Below, one piece after another: positions 29,497-41,950 of a stretch of DNA of 64,000 nt; within the stretch, counting starts at the first letter, position 1; each line of letters opens with the position of its first letter. The stretch lies in contig OX597814.1 in assembly GCA_951406725.2 (NCBI GenBank), forward strand, positions 107,260,001 to 107,324,000, given 5' to 3'. The stretch comes from Octopus vulgaris. Its lineage: Eukaryota. Made by a program: the position numbers and the translations under genes. The notes below the pieces were generated by a model. The model was not told the DNA's origin and made no database searches. It was given only the letters and a program-made list of their open reading frames with translations.

Positions 29497-30120
29497 TATA
29501 TAAGTATGTTAAGTATATGATTTAAGTTACAACACAAAATTCAACAAATCCAATCATATTTTTCATAAATGGAGGAGATTAGATGTTAATATGGATTGAA
29601 TTATTTTTTATTCAATTCACTAGACGATTGTTTCATACAGAAAGACAATAAATTCATTTTAAGAATCTGAGTTGTCAAAGAGTACAATAAGACTAAATAA
29701 GAACTTTATAAAGAAAAAGGTAGACTTAAGAATTACATGGGTCTGGTGTTCTTGCTAATTTTTCATGTGCAATTGTTCTAGGAGTCATGTCTGTTTAAAA
29801 CACGACTAAACAGACATGACTCCTAGAACAATTACACATGAAAAATTAGCAAGAACACCAGACCCATGTAATTCTTAAGTCTACCTTTTTCTTTATTAAG
29901 TTCTTATTTTTTCTTATTCTGCTACAGAGGGGTATTCTTTGACAACTCAGATTCTTAAAATGAACTTATTGTCTTTCTATACAAAACGATCGTCTAGCGA
30001 ATTGAATAAAAAATAATTCAATCCATTTTAACATCAAATCTCCTCCAGTTACGAAAAATATGATTGAATTTGTTGAACTTTGTGTTATAAGTGAAATCAT
30101 ATACTTAACATACTTATATA
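29497..30120. repeat. Long inverted repeat (~300 bp arms, 9 nt loop)
   Basis: 29497-29797 is the reverse complement of 29807-30120. Confidence 0.95.
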
Positions 30121-30390
30121 TATACATAGTGGAGGCACGTGGCTTAGTGGTTAGGGTGTCATCATCATGATCGTAAGATTGTGGTTTCGATTCCTGGACC
30201 TGGCGATGCATTGTGTTCTTGAACAAAACACTTCATTTCAAGTTGCTCCAGTCCACTCAGCTGGCAAAAATGAGTAACACTGCGATGGACTGGGATCCCA
30301 TCCAGCTTGGTAACACTTACACCATGGAAACTGGGAAACCAGGGCCATGAGCCTTGCTAGGCTTTAAAAGGGCACATTTATTTATTTATT

Positions 30391-30425
<35 letters not shown>

Positions 30426-31642
30426 CCTGCATATGTATTTACACTTACATACCCACATACATATACATGCAGACATACAGTTGCACATGCACATAAATGC
30501 AGATATACCATACATGCATACACACATGCACATGAGCATATGTGCATCTGCACTTGTGCATACATCTACTCATATGTAGACACATACACACACGCATGTA
30601 ATCAGCGGCTGCCCAAAGATGTCACAATGATACTATCATTCCAATGTGACCTGATGTTGCTAAAACAGTGTACAATGTCTTCTGCCCAATTTTTGCAGTT
30701 GTCACCTACTCTTCCCCAACCATCCTTAAACCCCTATTCATTATATTCACCTCTCACTCGCTCCTTTTTTCTAACCATCTCCTTTACACACTTCCAACCT
30801 CTACTCACCCACATTCCTCGTTCTCCCCCGTCCCTAATCACTTTTACTCGCTTTCAGTGTCCACCCTAGCACCTCATCACTACAATTTTTATCTCCCTTT
30901 CTGGCCCTCATCATTGTTACTTCCTCCTTCTCTTCTATATTGAGAGGAGCCATGGAGCTCCTCCACAGCAACAAACCTGTTCAGTTCTGACCCCTTCTCT
31001 CATACTTTAACTCTCATTCCACAGCATAAAGCTACCTCTCTCCCTACTGTAGCCTTACTCAAAAGGGGTCTTAGTCTTGTGGGTTACTTGGCAACCTCAG
31101 TAATGTTAATGCCATGTAAAAAAAGAAAAAGCATTCGGCCCTTACTCTAAAGTGGTTGGTATTAGGAAGAGCATCCAGTCATAAAAAAAAAACATGCCAA
31201 AGCAGACTTGAGAGAACAATGTAGTCCTTGAATCTGTCGGATTCTGTCAAACTGTTTCACTCATTCCAGCATGGAATATTATCATCATAATCGTCATTTT
31301 AACTTCCATTTTTCTATGCTTGCATGGGTCGGACAGAATTTGTTGAAGCAGTTTTTCTGCTGCAGCTGCTGGATGCCTTTCCTGTCACCAACCCTCGCCT
31401 GTTTCCAAGTCATACTCTCCATGACCTGACATTGACACCAGACATTCCATGACGATTCCTGGCTTTCGGTTTACAATTCCTCAAGTGTTCTTTTATTCTT
31501 TTACTTGTTTCAGTCATTTGACTTTGGCCATGCTGGAGCACTGTCTTTAGTTGAACAAATCGACCCCAAGACTTATTCTTTGTAAGCCTATTACTTATTC
31601 TATCAGTCCCTTTTGCTGAACCACTAAGTTATGGGGATGTAA

Positions 31643-31677
<35 letters not shown>

Positions 31678-31747
31678 TGTGTATATATGTATATATATGT
31701 GTATGTATATATGTATATATATGTGTGTGTATATATGTATATATATA

Positions 31748-31792
<45 letters not shown>

Positions 31793-33164
31793 CAAGCTTC
31801 TTTCAGTTTCCATCTACCAAATCCACTCACAAAGCTTTGATTGGCCCAATAGAAGACAATTGCCCAACATGCCACACAGTGGGACTGAACCTGGGACCAT
31901 GTGGTTGGGAACGGCCAAAATAAAATTTGATAAAACTATTCAATCTATCTTACAATGTTCTTGAATTCCCTTTTTGTTTCAGTCATTGGACTGTGGCCAC
32001 GCTGGGGCAGCACCTTGAAGAGTTTGGGCAGCCAAGTCTACTCATTTTAAGTCTGGAATTTGTTTTATCAGACCCTTTGCTAAACTGCTCAGTTATAGGG
32101 GCTGTAAACAAACCAACACCAGTTATCAAGTAGTGGTAGGACAGATTCATGTACATAGATACACGCACAAGAGGCTTCCACACAGTTTCCATCTACCTGA
32201 TTTACTCCAGAAGGAGTCTGGCCATAACCATGGTATAATGAGTTGGAGGTATGCTTGTCTACGAAGTAAAAAATCTGTCGAGGGTCGACTATCTTTTATT
32301 TGTTTCAATCACTAAACTGTGGCCATGCTGGGGCATCACCTTGAAGAATTCTTAGTCAAATGATTCAACACCAGTACATATTCTATCAGTGTCTTTTGCT
32401 GAACCACTAAGCAGTGGTAGGGAACACACGTCACACAATGGGCTTCTTCCAGTTTCCATCTACCAAATCCACTCACAAAGCTTTGGTTGGCCCATGGTTA
32501 TAGTAGAATACCCTTGCCCAAGGTGCCACACAATGGGACTGAACCTGGGACCATGTGGTTGGAAAGCAAGCTTCTTACCACACAGCCACACTTGTGCCTA
32601 GAGAATATTTGACTGAGATTTTAAATTCTATGACCATGGACTTACTTTTCTTTCTCCCTAAATCAATACGTAAACAATCAATATCACTCAAACCAATCAA
32701 CTTCATATTTGTTGCTCTCCTTTAACAAAAGACTTCTCTCTCTCTCTCTCTCCCTCCCTCTCTCTCTCTCCCTCCCTCTCTCTCTTTATCGTTTTAATCC
32801 TTTACAAATATAAGTTGGTTTTTCTTTTGTCTCAAGATGGTTTTCTTCAATCCCAAGTGACCTTATATCAACATGGACTCCATCAGCACCTGCTCTAACA
32901 CACAACCATTAGATCTTCTCATCACCAACTTTCCCTAACGCTTCTTTTCTCTCTAAACCTAATCTCTCTCTCCACAGCCAATCCTTAAGAAATAAATTCC
33001 TAACAGATGGCATTTCTCTGTTTATTCCTCTATTAGTATTCATTTATTAGTATTCTTTTATGCATTTCAACCCAAAGGCTGTGGCCATGCTGGGACATCA
33101 CCAGTGTTATCACCTCCTTTTCATGGCAATTCTTATGTGGGTTGTCTTTTGTTGAAAGAAGGAG

Positions 33165-33380
33165 TTCAACATTGCTGCCCTCTTTTGAGTTTCTTTATTG
33201 GGGACATTGGACAGCAAGGGGTGACCCCAATTCCATGTAGATCTTTCAGATGTTTTGGCAAGGTATTAAATAGCCATGGTCCCTTGAATCCCAAGCTATT
33301 GCAGTACATGGTCTTCACTCTAGATAGGATAACTGGGACCTTCAGAACAGGAACATCCAGTTTAGGGGTTGGTATAACTC
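33165..33380 (-). mobile_element. CR1/L2-group LINE ORF2 C-terminal fragment
   Basis: CNSLGFKGPWLFNTLPKHLKDLHG resembles the GPxLFNxLP C-terminal motif. Confidence 0.6.
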
Positions 33381-33719
33381 TAAAAAAAACAAAAAAAGGC
33401 GGCAAGCTGGCAGAAATGTTAGCATGCCAGGTGAAATGCTTGGCAGTATTTCGTTTGTCTTTACGTTCCGAGTTCAAATTCAGCTGAGGTCAACTTTGCC
33501 TTTCATTCTTTTGGGGTTCATAAATTATCAGTTGCATACTGGGGTCGATCTAATCGACTGTCCCTTTCCTAAAGGTTTTGGGCCTTGTGCCTAGTGTAGA
33601 AAAGAATATTTTTTAATCAATGAGCTAACAGCACAGCCAGGGCCGGCCCTAGAGTTGCTGGTGCCTAGGGCAAACTGGACTTCGGTGCTCTAACAAGAAT
33701 AATTTTTGTTAAATTTGTA

Positions 33720-34110
33720 GGAGTGGCTGTGTGGTAAGTAGCTTGCTTATGAACCACATAGTTCCAGGTTCAGTCCCACTATGTGGCACCTTGGGCAAGT
33801 GTCTTCTATTATAGCCTCGGGCTGACCAAAGCCTTGTGAGTGGATTTGGTAGACAGAAACTGAAAGAAGCCCGTTGTATATCTGTATATGTATGTATGTG
33901 TGTGCATATGTTTGTGTGTCTGTGTTTGTCCTCCCAACATCGCTTGACAACCGATGTTGGAGTGTTTACGTCCCTGTAACTTAGTGGTTTGGCAAAAGAG
34001 ACCGATAGAATAAGTACTAGGCATACAAAGAATAAGTTCTTGGGTCGACTTGCTTGACGAAAGGCAGTGCTCCAGCATAGCCACATTCAAATGACCGAAA
34101 CAAGTAAGAG
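33720..34110 (+). mobile_element. Near full-length SINE (ggagtggctgtgtggtaag family, internal CA/GT microsatellite)
   Basis: tRNA-like head ggttcagtccc, body gggcaagtgtcttct...gaaactgaaagaagccc, tail gaaacaagtaag; copies near 8640, 10310, 31495, 34370, 45460, 54545, 57000, 62055. Confidence 0.85.
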
Positions 34111-34442
34111 TAAGGAGAAAAACTGAAAATATAGACTATAAAGCAGGTGGTGCCAGATACATGGTACCCAAGTTGCCGGTACCTTGAGCTGGCCTTGATC
34201 ACAGCAACATCCCAGTTCAGAGAGAATAAATATATTGGAAATTGGTTTTAAAACTACTAAGAATTACTAAGATGAATGGTTTTGTTTTATGTCTTTACAA
34301 AAGTAAGGAGGAGTAATTTCTAAATTTACGTATTTCCTCCTACGTCACATCATCTCCTTGTTTCTTATCCTTCAGTCAGTAGACTGTGGCCATGCTAGAG
34401 CACTGCCTTGAAGAATTTTAGTCAAATGGATGGACTCTAGTG

Positions 34443-34478
<36 letters not shown>

Positions 34479-36886
34479 TTAAAGCCTGGTTCTTATTCTA
34501 TCAGTCACTTTTGCTGAACTGTAAGTTACAGGGACTTAAATACACACACACACACACACACACAATGAGCCTTTTTCAGTTTCTGTCTACCAAATCCACT
34601 CAAAAGGTTTTGGTAAGCTTGAGGATATAATAAAAGACACTTCCCCAAGGTGCCATACAGTGGGACTGAACCCAAAACCATGTGGTTGGGAAGCAAACTT
34701 CTTACCACACAGCCATGTCTATGCCTATGGCTGCTCTCCACCCCCACCACCTCTAACCTTCTCTCAAACACTCCACTGACCATCTCTCCACCAATGTCCA
34801 CCATTCACTTTCTGCCCCTATAATCTAACAGGCCATCACTCTCCTTTCACACTCCTGCAAACCCACCCACCCAGCCATCCTCATTTCTTTGTCCTTCTTT
34901 TTCTCCAGCTTGTTGTGCCTCTTGGTGGACCCTGACACTTTATCTCTAACATTCTTTTTTCTCATTCTTGAACGGTTCCTCTTCCCCTGTCAGATTTTAA
35001 TCCCTTACCATTCAGATTAGTTTATCAAATGTAATACTCATTCCTATTGTCTTGAATTAATCCTGCGTTATCTTGTAGCTTTGAGATTTTGATGATGAGG
35101 ATTATCATCATCATCATCGTTTAACGTTCTCCTTCCATGCTGGCATAGGTGGGACGGTTTGACAAGAACTGGCCAGGCAGAAGCCTGCACCAGACTTCTG
35201 TGACTGCTTTGGTAGGATTTTTACAGCTGGGTGCTCTTTCTAACAGCAGCCACTCAGCAGAGTGGACTTAGTGCTTTTTATGCGACACTAGCACAAGTGA
35301 GGTCAGTTTTGGCAAGGTTTTTATAGCTGGATGCCCTTCCTAACACCAACCACTCAGCAGAGTGGACTTAGTGCTTTTTATGTGGCACAAGAACATGCGA
35401 GGTCAGTTTTGGCAAGGTTTTTACAGCTAGGAGCCCTTCCTAACACCAACCACTTCATAGTGTGGACTGGGTGCTTTTAAGTGGCACCTGCACTACAGGG
35501 TCACCAAGTATATTGCAAGACCAAAAAACTCTTTTGAGAGGGGAAGGGGCATTGGAGGAAGTGGTCTTGTGTCGAATGATGAAAGGTTTTAGTGAGACAG
35601 AGAGACAGAAACATGTGTTTTGCTGTAGAGGAGGTACAAGGTTACCTAGCCAGAGAGAGAGAGAGATCGGGAATGAAGACAGAAACAAATGTGCTGCTGC
35701 AAAGGAAATACATGGTTATCCAACCTGAGGGAAGTGCAGGAGAAGGAGAGTGGGAGACGGTAGGATAAAGATGATGGCAAAGTACCAGGCATATGCAGTG
35801 ATACAGTGAGACAGGGTGTGAGTGGAAGACATAGGTTGGAAGCTAGTGGATAGCAATGATACAGTGGCACAGGGCCAAGAGGACAGGATTGGGGAGTGGG
35901 AGGTAAGCATAGTGCATGAAGTGGAAATGTGGGCAAGAGATGTGAGACATTTTCTTAATTCTGGGTGGGACACACAGCGGTTCTAGAACTCAGTTTCACT
36001 GACATGGGTGGGTAATAGTATATTTTTAGAATGACATTGTAGGGTAGGTAGGAGAGGCCAGATCTGGCCACATTGAACATAAAACAGGTAGGATATTTGG
36101 CTCATCATTTGGCTCAAAGCCACATCTTTCAAAGCTACTCTCAGCTGAGGGAGGTCTTGCCTTGCAAGTGACTTGGTGACCCCACCAGTGCTGGTGCCAC
36201 ATAAAAAGCACCCAGTCCACACTCTGTAAAGTGGTCAGTGTTAGGAAGGGAATCCAGCTATAGAAACTAAGCCAAAGGAGGTACTGGAGCTCAACACAGT
36301 TCTCTGGTTTGTTTGATTCTGTCCAACCCATGCCAGTATGGAGAACAAGAACATTGAATAAGGATAATTAAACTTCCTGCAATGAACTCCAAGAGCGATT
36401 AAAATATATTTGAAAGAATGATTTCTGTGTCATTTCAAAAAGAAAAATTTAATGGTGGTTTGTTAATGGAGTTGATTACGGTCATGCTGATATGAATGCC
36501 GTGGACTCCCGGCCAGTTTGAGTCATCAGGATTAATTAGTGGAGGACAGTGTCGTTAGAGAACACTGAACAAAATACCTTGTGATATTTGGTTAAGTACC
36601 TTTAAGTTCTTGGTTCAAATCCAGCCCCAGTCCCACTTTGCCTTTCTGCCAGTCAATAAGTTCTGAGGTGGATACAATGAATATAGTACCCTTGGACATA
36701 GTACCTTAGAACATAGTACCCTCAGAATGTAGTACCCCATCCTGACCACAGTGTTCTCTATACCATGCATGCACTTTTGGTTATCCTTACTGTCTTCCTT
36801 TCACCCACCTTACTGCTGCTTTCTGTCCCCTTCTTTTACCCTTTTCTGGCTAGTTGTAGTGTACCCAAGTACTATAAAGAATAAAC

Positions 36887-37170
36887 TTGTTGTTGTTGTT
36901 ATTATGTGGTGAAATCTCACAGCTTATACTGCTGGGCACGATGGAAAGTGTTAGCTGTCCACAGCCAGCAGACGAGGGTGACACTTGTTTACTGGTCATG
37001 CTTCAAGAACTCTGCGAAGAATTCTTCTAGTTCCAAGTAATGCTGATTTTTGTAGGTGTTCTCTCTTCACGCTTGCACCAATCTTTTTCAGCCATGTTGG
37101 TAGTTGATTGCTGATACTTCAAAGTGCACCAATTACTATTGGTATCATGTCTACTCTCCTCATTGACATA
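36887..37170 (-). mobile_element. 5'-truncated R4/Dong-type non-LTR retrotransposon
   Basis: MIPIVIGAL*SISNQLPTWLKKIGASVKREHLQKSALLGTRRILRRVLEA*; flanked by (TAA)n and (CAA)n on its own strand. Confidence 0.8.
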
Positions 37171-37172
37171 TA

Positions 37173-37213
<41 letters not shown>

Positions 37214-37515
37214 GGTGTTAAGCTGGCAAAATCGTTACCATTCCAGATAAAATACTTCGCCGCTTTTTGTCTTTCTTCATGTTCTAAGTTCACATTCTGC
37301 CATGGTGGACTTTACCATTTCTCCTTTTATAAGAATATTGATAATTTAATATTTTATTAGGTGTAAAGTTTGTAAACTTTGTCTATTGTAATTCTTGATG
37401 TTTTTCTAGAATTAAATTCCATCAAATTGTCTTTAAGGTGTGTTATAGTATCAAATTCCATTTGTATTTTTGGGTATGTTGCTTCTCATAACAATGAGTT
37501 TTATTTTTGTTCCAG

Positions 37516-37545
37516 GCCCCATCTGAGACCAGTGCCACAACAGTG
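37516..37545 (+). CDS. VAT1L: Microexon 2, 30 nt (APSETSATTV)
   Basis: tttttgttccag acceptor, gtaagt donor, phase 0/0. Confidence 0.78.
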
Positions 37546-38578
37546 GTAAGTTCGGAAGAAAAATACAAAACAGTGGTTTTTAATAATGGAATCAATAATG
37601 AAGAGATATACAAATGAACCCTTTTGTTACCATATTTCTATTGGAATACACTGTCTTTTTTTTTTCCATTTAATTTTGAAAATAACTAAGAATTTAGTAA
37701 AATAACTTTGTTGTTATTAAGCTGGCGCTTAGAATGTAAACAGGAAATTTTGATGGGTTTTAATTTAAATCATTTTAAAATAAGGAATTTATATCACAGA
37801 ACTAAGGGTAGTTTCAGGCTGGTTCTTTGTAGCATCAGACGTTCTGCTTGGGAGTTCTATCTCTCAGCTTTTATAACATTTATTTAAAACTTCTAGAACC
37901 TTTTGCAGGAAAATTCACAAAACTTACATTCAAGTCTGTTGTTATTTGGTTACACTATAGCTGCTCTAATTGATAGAACCATGTTCTCATAGGGATTAAT
38001 TCCTTTTCTGGTGACCACAGTTAAAATTTTATAGCTGCCCTTTTCATTTTGTTGCAATATAGAATGGGCTGCAATCCTAAACTGAGGAGTCTAAATGAGA
38101 TAATTTAAAACTCGGCAGAATCGTTAGCAGGTTGGGCAAAATGTTTACCAGCATTTCATCCATATTTACATTCTGAGATCAAATTCTGCCAAGGTGGACT
38201 TTGTATCCTTTTGGTGTTGATAAAATAAGTACCAGTCATGTACTGGGGGTTGATGTAATCAACTTACTGCCTCCTTTGAAATTGCTGGCCTTGTGCCAAA
38301 ATTTGAAACCTATATTTTAACATAGTTGTCTCACATATATTAATTAATATTTTACAATGATTGTCTTACACTTACTAATTAGATGTTTATAATTAAAATC
38401 CCATAACTAACCAAAGAAGATTCTTTATATAACAACTTTATTCAGATTCTAAATAACTAAATTCAGTTCCAACAGAAATTTTCTAATTTTCAATTAAAAA
38501 CATTTTCATTTTTCACCAATTTTCAAATTAAAATTTTAAAATGTTTCATCTTTTTTTTATATATTTAATTATTTGCAG

Positions 38579-38608
38579 GCCAAGAGTGAAGAAGACACTG
38601 GTGCTGAG
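38579..38608 (+). CDS. VAT1L: Microexon 3, 30 nt (AKSEEDTGAE)
   Basis: tttgcag acceptor, GAG|gtaaga donor, phase 0/0, acidic peptide. Confidence 0.82.
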
Positions 38609-38875
38609 GTAAGAAAACTTTTCTCCAAACTTCAAAAACATAAGATCTAATCTATCATTACTTTAGCATTGTTGATGCTGGAATGTGATAATCCATGTGA
38701 AAACTGTAGCATAATGCTCCATGGAGCAGCTGCAGCATAAGGCTTCCATGTGAAGACTGCAATATAACACTCCATGTGAATTGTTTCTCTGTTCCTTTTT
38801 GTAACAACCCACTTTTTCTAGATCTCCTTATATTCTTCGGTTTTCCTTCACTTACTGCAAGTACCATTAACTAAC

Positions 38876-39591
38876 CAAAGGTGGGCACCGTTAATCAAAG
38901 TTAATTTCGTTAACTGTTAATAATGATATATAATAATAATGAAATTATTGTATACAGTGCTCAGGTGCACCACAACTTGTCAAAAAGTGCATATAAAGCA
39001 TATTGCAGTAATGTACAAATGTCTGGGAAGTGAACAGTGTATGAGTCGGATATATGCTTGCGTGTGTATGGAGGGGAGAAAATCAGGTGTAGTGTTGGCG
39101 AATTTCAGGAAACATGGAAGTTTTGAAGGATGCAGTGCTCCGACAACTAACAACTGATGCCGGCAGTTTGTTCCATGCTTCAGCAACTCTAAGCGTGAAA
39201 AAATGTTTCCGAAAGTCATGGGAGCTGTGCTGTTTTCTGACTTTGTAAACATGTCCACGGGTGTTAAACAGATGGAGTTTGAAAAGGTGCGCAGAGTTAT
39301 TGTTGATCCATTAACCAAGAAATTAACTTTAATAACTGTTACTCAGTTAATTCTTTAAAAGTGTAATAGAAGTTATCGATAAACCATTAGCATTAATTTT
39401 TATTATAGAAAAATGCAATCTGTTTTTGCTCTAAAACTACCTTTAAAAAGTGCCAAAACTATAAAATCTGTTATGGAAGTTGACTTAACGGCAGTTAATT
39501 AGTCCAATAATGATTTTCATAGTTAACTTAAAAGTTAAATTGTTAACAAAAATGTTAATTTTGTTGATTAATGGTTTGGTGCCCAGGTTTG
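38876..39591. mobile_element. hAT-type MITE
   Basis: Ends caaaggtgggcacc / ggtgcccaggtttg; 8 bp flanks taactaac / tcactaac. Confidence 0.7.
38925..39310 (-). mobile_element. CR1-clade LINE 3' fragment nested in the hAT MITE
   Basis: NTRGHVYKVRKQHSSHDFRKHFFTLRVAEAWNKLPASVV...* followed by a 3' UTR and (ATT)n tail. Confidence 0.85.
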
Positions 39592-40319
39592 TCACTAACA
39601 ATTTCCATTATATACAACATAAAATCATTTGACCATAACAAAGAAGGCATCTCTCCTGGACCCAGTGTCATTAATGTTCAGCCCCAATGTCATTGGCATC
39701 CCACCCAATGTCCATTAATGCTCATCCACTCATTAGAAAATTCTGTTTAGACAATTTTTCAATAAATGTTCTTCTCTAGGTTTCATTAAAATTAGAAACC
39801 AACAGGGGCAGCTGTACTTTAAGGGTTAAGCGGTTAGAATATAAGAAAAGGGGCCCAGAGCAGACCATGTTCCTTGCTGTTAAGGAGCTACCTACATGGT
39901 TACCTACATTTTACAAGAGGATGGAGGTGACCAGGACAGAGTTGGGAAGAGATGAAAATAGTGGGGAAGAGGTATCAGGGTGGACTCGTAAGTTATGAGG
40001 GGAGTAGAGGAAAAGAGAATAAAGTGTGGGATGATAGAGGCTGGGGGAGTCAGGTATAGTTAGGGATCAAGAATGGGTGAGGAGTGTGATGCGGTTTCAA
40101 GTTTTGACACAAGGCTAGCAATTTCAAGGGAAGGATTGAGGCAATGACATCAACCCCAGTACGTAACCAGTACTTATTTTATCAACCTCGAAAGGATGAT
40201 AGGTAAAGTCGACCTCGGTGGAATTTGAACTCAGAACCTAAAGACTGGCTGAACTGAAAAATGCTGCTAAGCATTTTGCCTCATGTGCTAACAATTCTGC
40301 CAGCTTGCCACCTTAGGAA

Positions 40320-41030
40320 TCATCATCATCATCGTTTAACGTCCGCTTGCCATGCTGGCATGGGTTGGATGGTTTGACTGAGGACTAGTGAGCCAGAAGG
40401 CTGCAACAGGCTCCAATCTGATCTGGCAGAGTTTCTACAGCTGGATGCCCTTCCTAACACCAACCACTCCGAGAGTGTAGTGAATGTTTTTTACATGCCA
40501 CCGGCACGGGAGCCAGTCTGGCAGCACTGGCAATGACCACGCTCAAATAGCGCGTTTAACATTCCACTGGCACAGGTGCCAATCAGGCGGTACTCTCATC
40601 GGCCACGACAGTGATTTCACTTGCCTCAACAGGTTTCCACAAGCATAGTTTATTGTCCAATGCTTGAAGGGTACTCTTAAATGGGGTGGTTATACAGCAC
40701 TGGCATAGGCCATGGTTATGGTCTCCTTTGGCTTGCTGGGTTTTCTCAAGCACAGCATATTTCCAAAGGTCTCCATCACTTGTCATTACCTTGGTGAGGC
40801 CCAATGTTTGAAGGTTGTGCTTCACCACCTCATCCCAGGTCTTCCTGGGTCCACCTCTTTCACAGGTTCCCTCAACTGCTAGAGTGTGACACCTTTTCAC
40901 ACAGCTGTCCTCATCCATACACAACACATGACCATACCACCGCAGTCGTCTCTCTTGCACACCACATCTGATGCTTCTTATCCCCAACTTTTCTCTCAGG
41001 GTGCTTTCACTCTGTCATGTCTCCACACTG
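40320..41030 (-). mobile_element. 5'-truncated RTE-clade LINE
   Basis: RRLRWYGHVLCM...GGPRKTWDEVV C-terminal RTE motifs, then 3' UTR ending gttaaacgatgatgatg. Confidence 0.9.
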
Positions 41031-41434
41031 ACAGAATGACAAATAAATTCTTTTCTACTCTAGGCACAAGGTCCAAAAGTTTTGGAGAGAGGGCCAGTTG
41101 ATTAGATCAGCCCCAGTACGCAACTGGTACTTAATTTATCAACTCCAAAACGATGAAAGGCAAAGTCAACCTCGGTGGAATTTGAAAGAATGATAAATAT
41201 ATGTTGAAGGGGAAGTTGGAAAGAGTAGGTGATGACTGTAGAGACTGGGGTAGAAAGGGAGTGAGGGGGTGATCAATGTTACATAGGGGTTGCAGAGGAG
41301 AGTAGGGGATGGCTGACTGTAAAGAAAGATGTGAAGGAAGGTGGAATAGTGATAATGAGATACGGGAGGTGGGGAACAGACATCTCTCTCTCTCTATGTA
41401 TATTGATAGGTGCCACTTGTCTCTGTATTTCTAG

Positions 41435-41458
41435 CCACCCGATACTGGTTCCGATGAA
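41435..41458 (+). CDS. VAT1L: Microexon 4, 24 nt (PPDTGSDE)
   Basis: tttctag acceptor, gtaagt donor, phase 0/0; DTG motif shared with microexon 3. Confidence 0.72.
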
Positions 41459-41589
41459 GTAAGTTCTTTTTCCTTTTCACTTTTGATTTTTTTCTTTTGT
41501 TTTGCTTCTCTTTTTCACATCATTCATCTCTTCCCTTCCTCCTCACAACTTATCTCCGCCCTCTCTCTCCTCTTTCCATCCTTCATCCT

Positions 41590-41950
41590 TTACCTCCTCT
41601 CTCTTCTCCCCTCTCTCTTTTCACTCTCTCCCTCTACCCCCCTCTCCACACACCTCTCTTCCTTTTCTCTCTCCCCTCTCCTTTCCCTTCTCCCTCTCTC
41701 CTCTCCTTTCCCTTCTCCCTCTCTCCTCTCCTTTCCCTTCTCCCTCTCTCCTCTCCTTTCCCTTCTCTCTCTCTCCTCCCCATTCCCTTCTCCCTCTCCC
41801 CTCTCCTTTCCTTTCTGTCTCTCCCCTCTCCTTTCCTTTCTGTCTCTCCCCTCTCCTTTCCTTTCTGTCTCTCCCCTCTCTTTTCCCTTCCCTCTTTCCT
41901 CTCCCCTTCCCATTCCCTTTCTCCTCCTTTTCACCCTTCACCTCCTCCCC
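41590..41950. repeat. Polypyrimidine minisatellite (ctctcctttcccttctcc-like units)
   Basis: Directly visible. Confidence 0.92.

Noticed and set aside
36790-36886. Possible alternative terminal exon (pyrimidine tract, ctag TTG TAG, AATAAA)
   Set aside because: Only one codon, adjacent to a retroelement tail; cannot be supported without transcripts.
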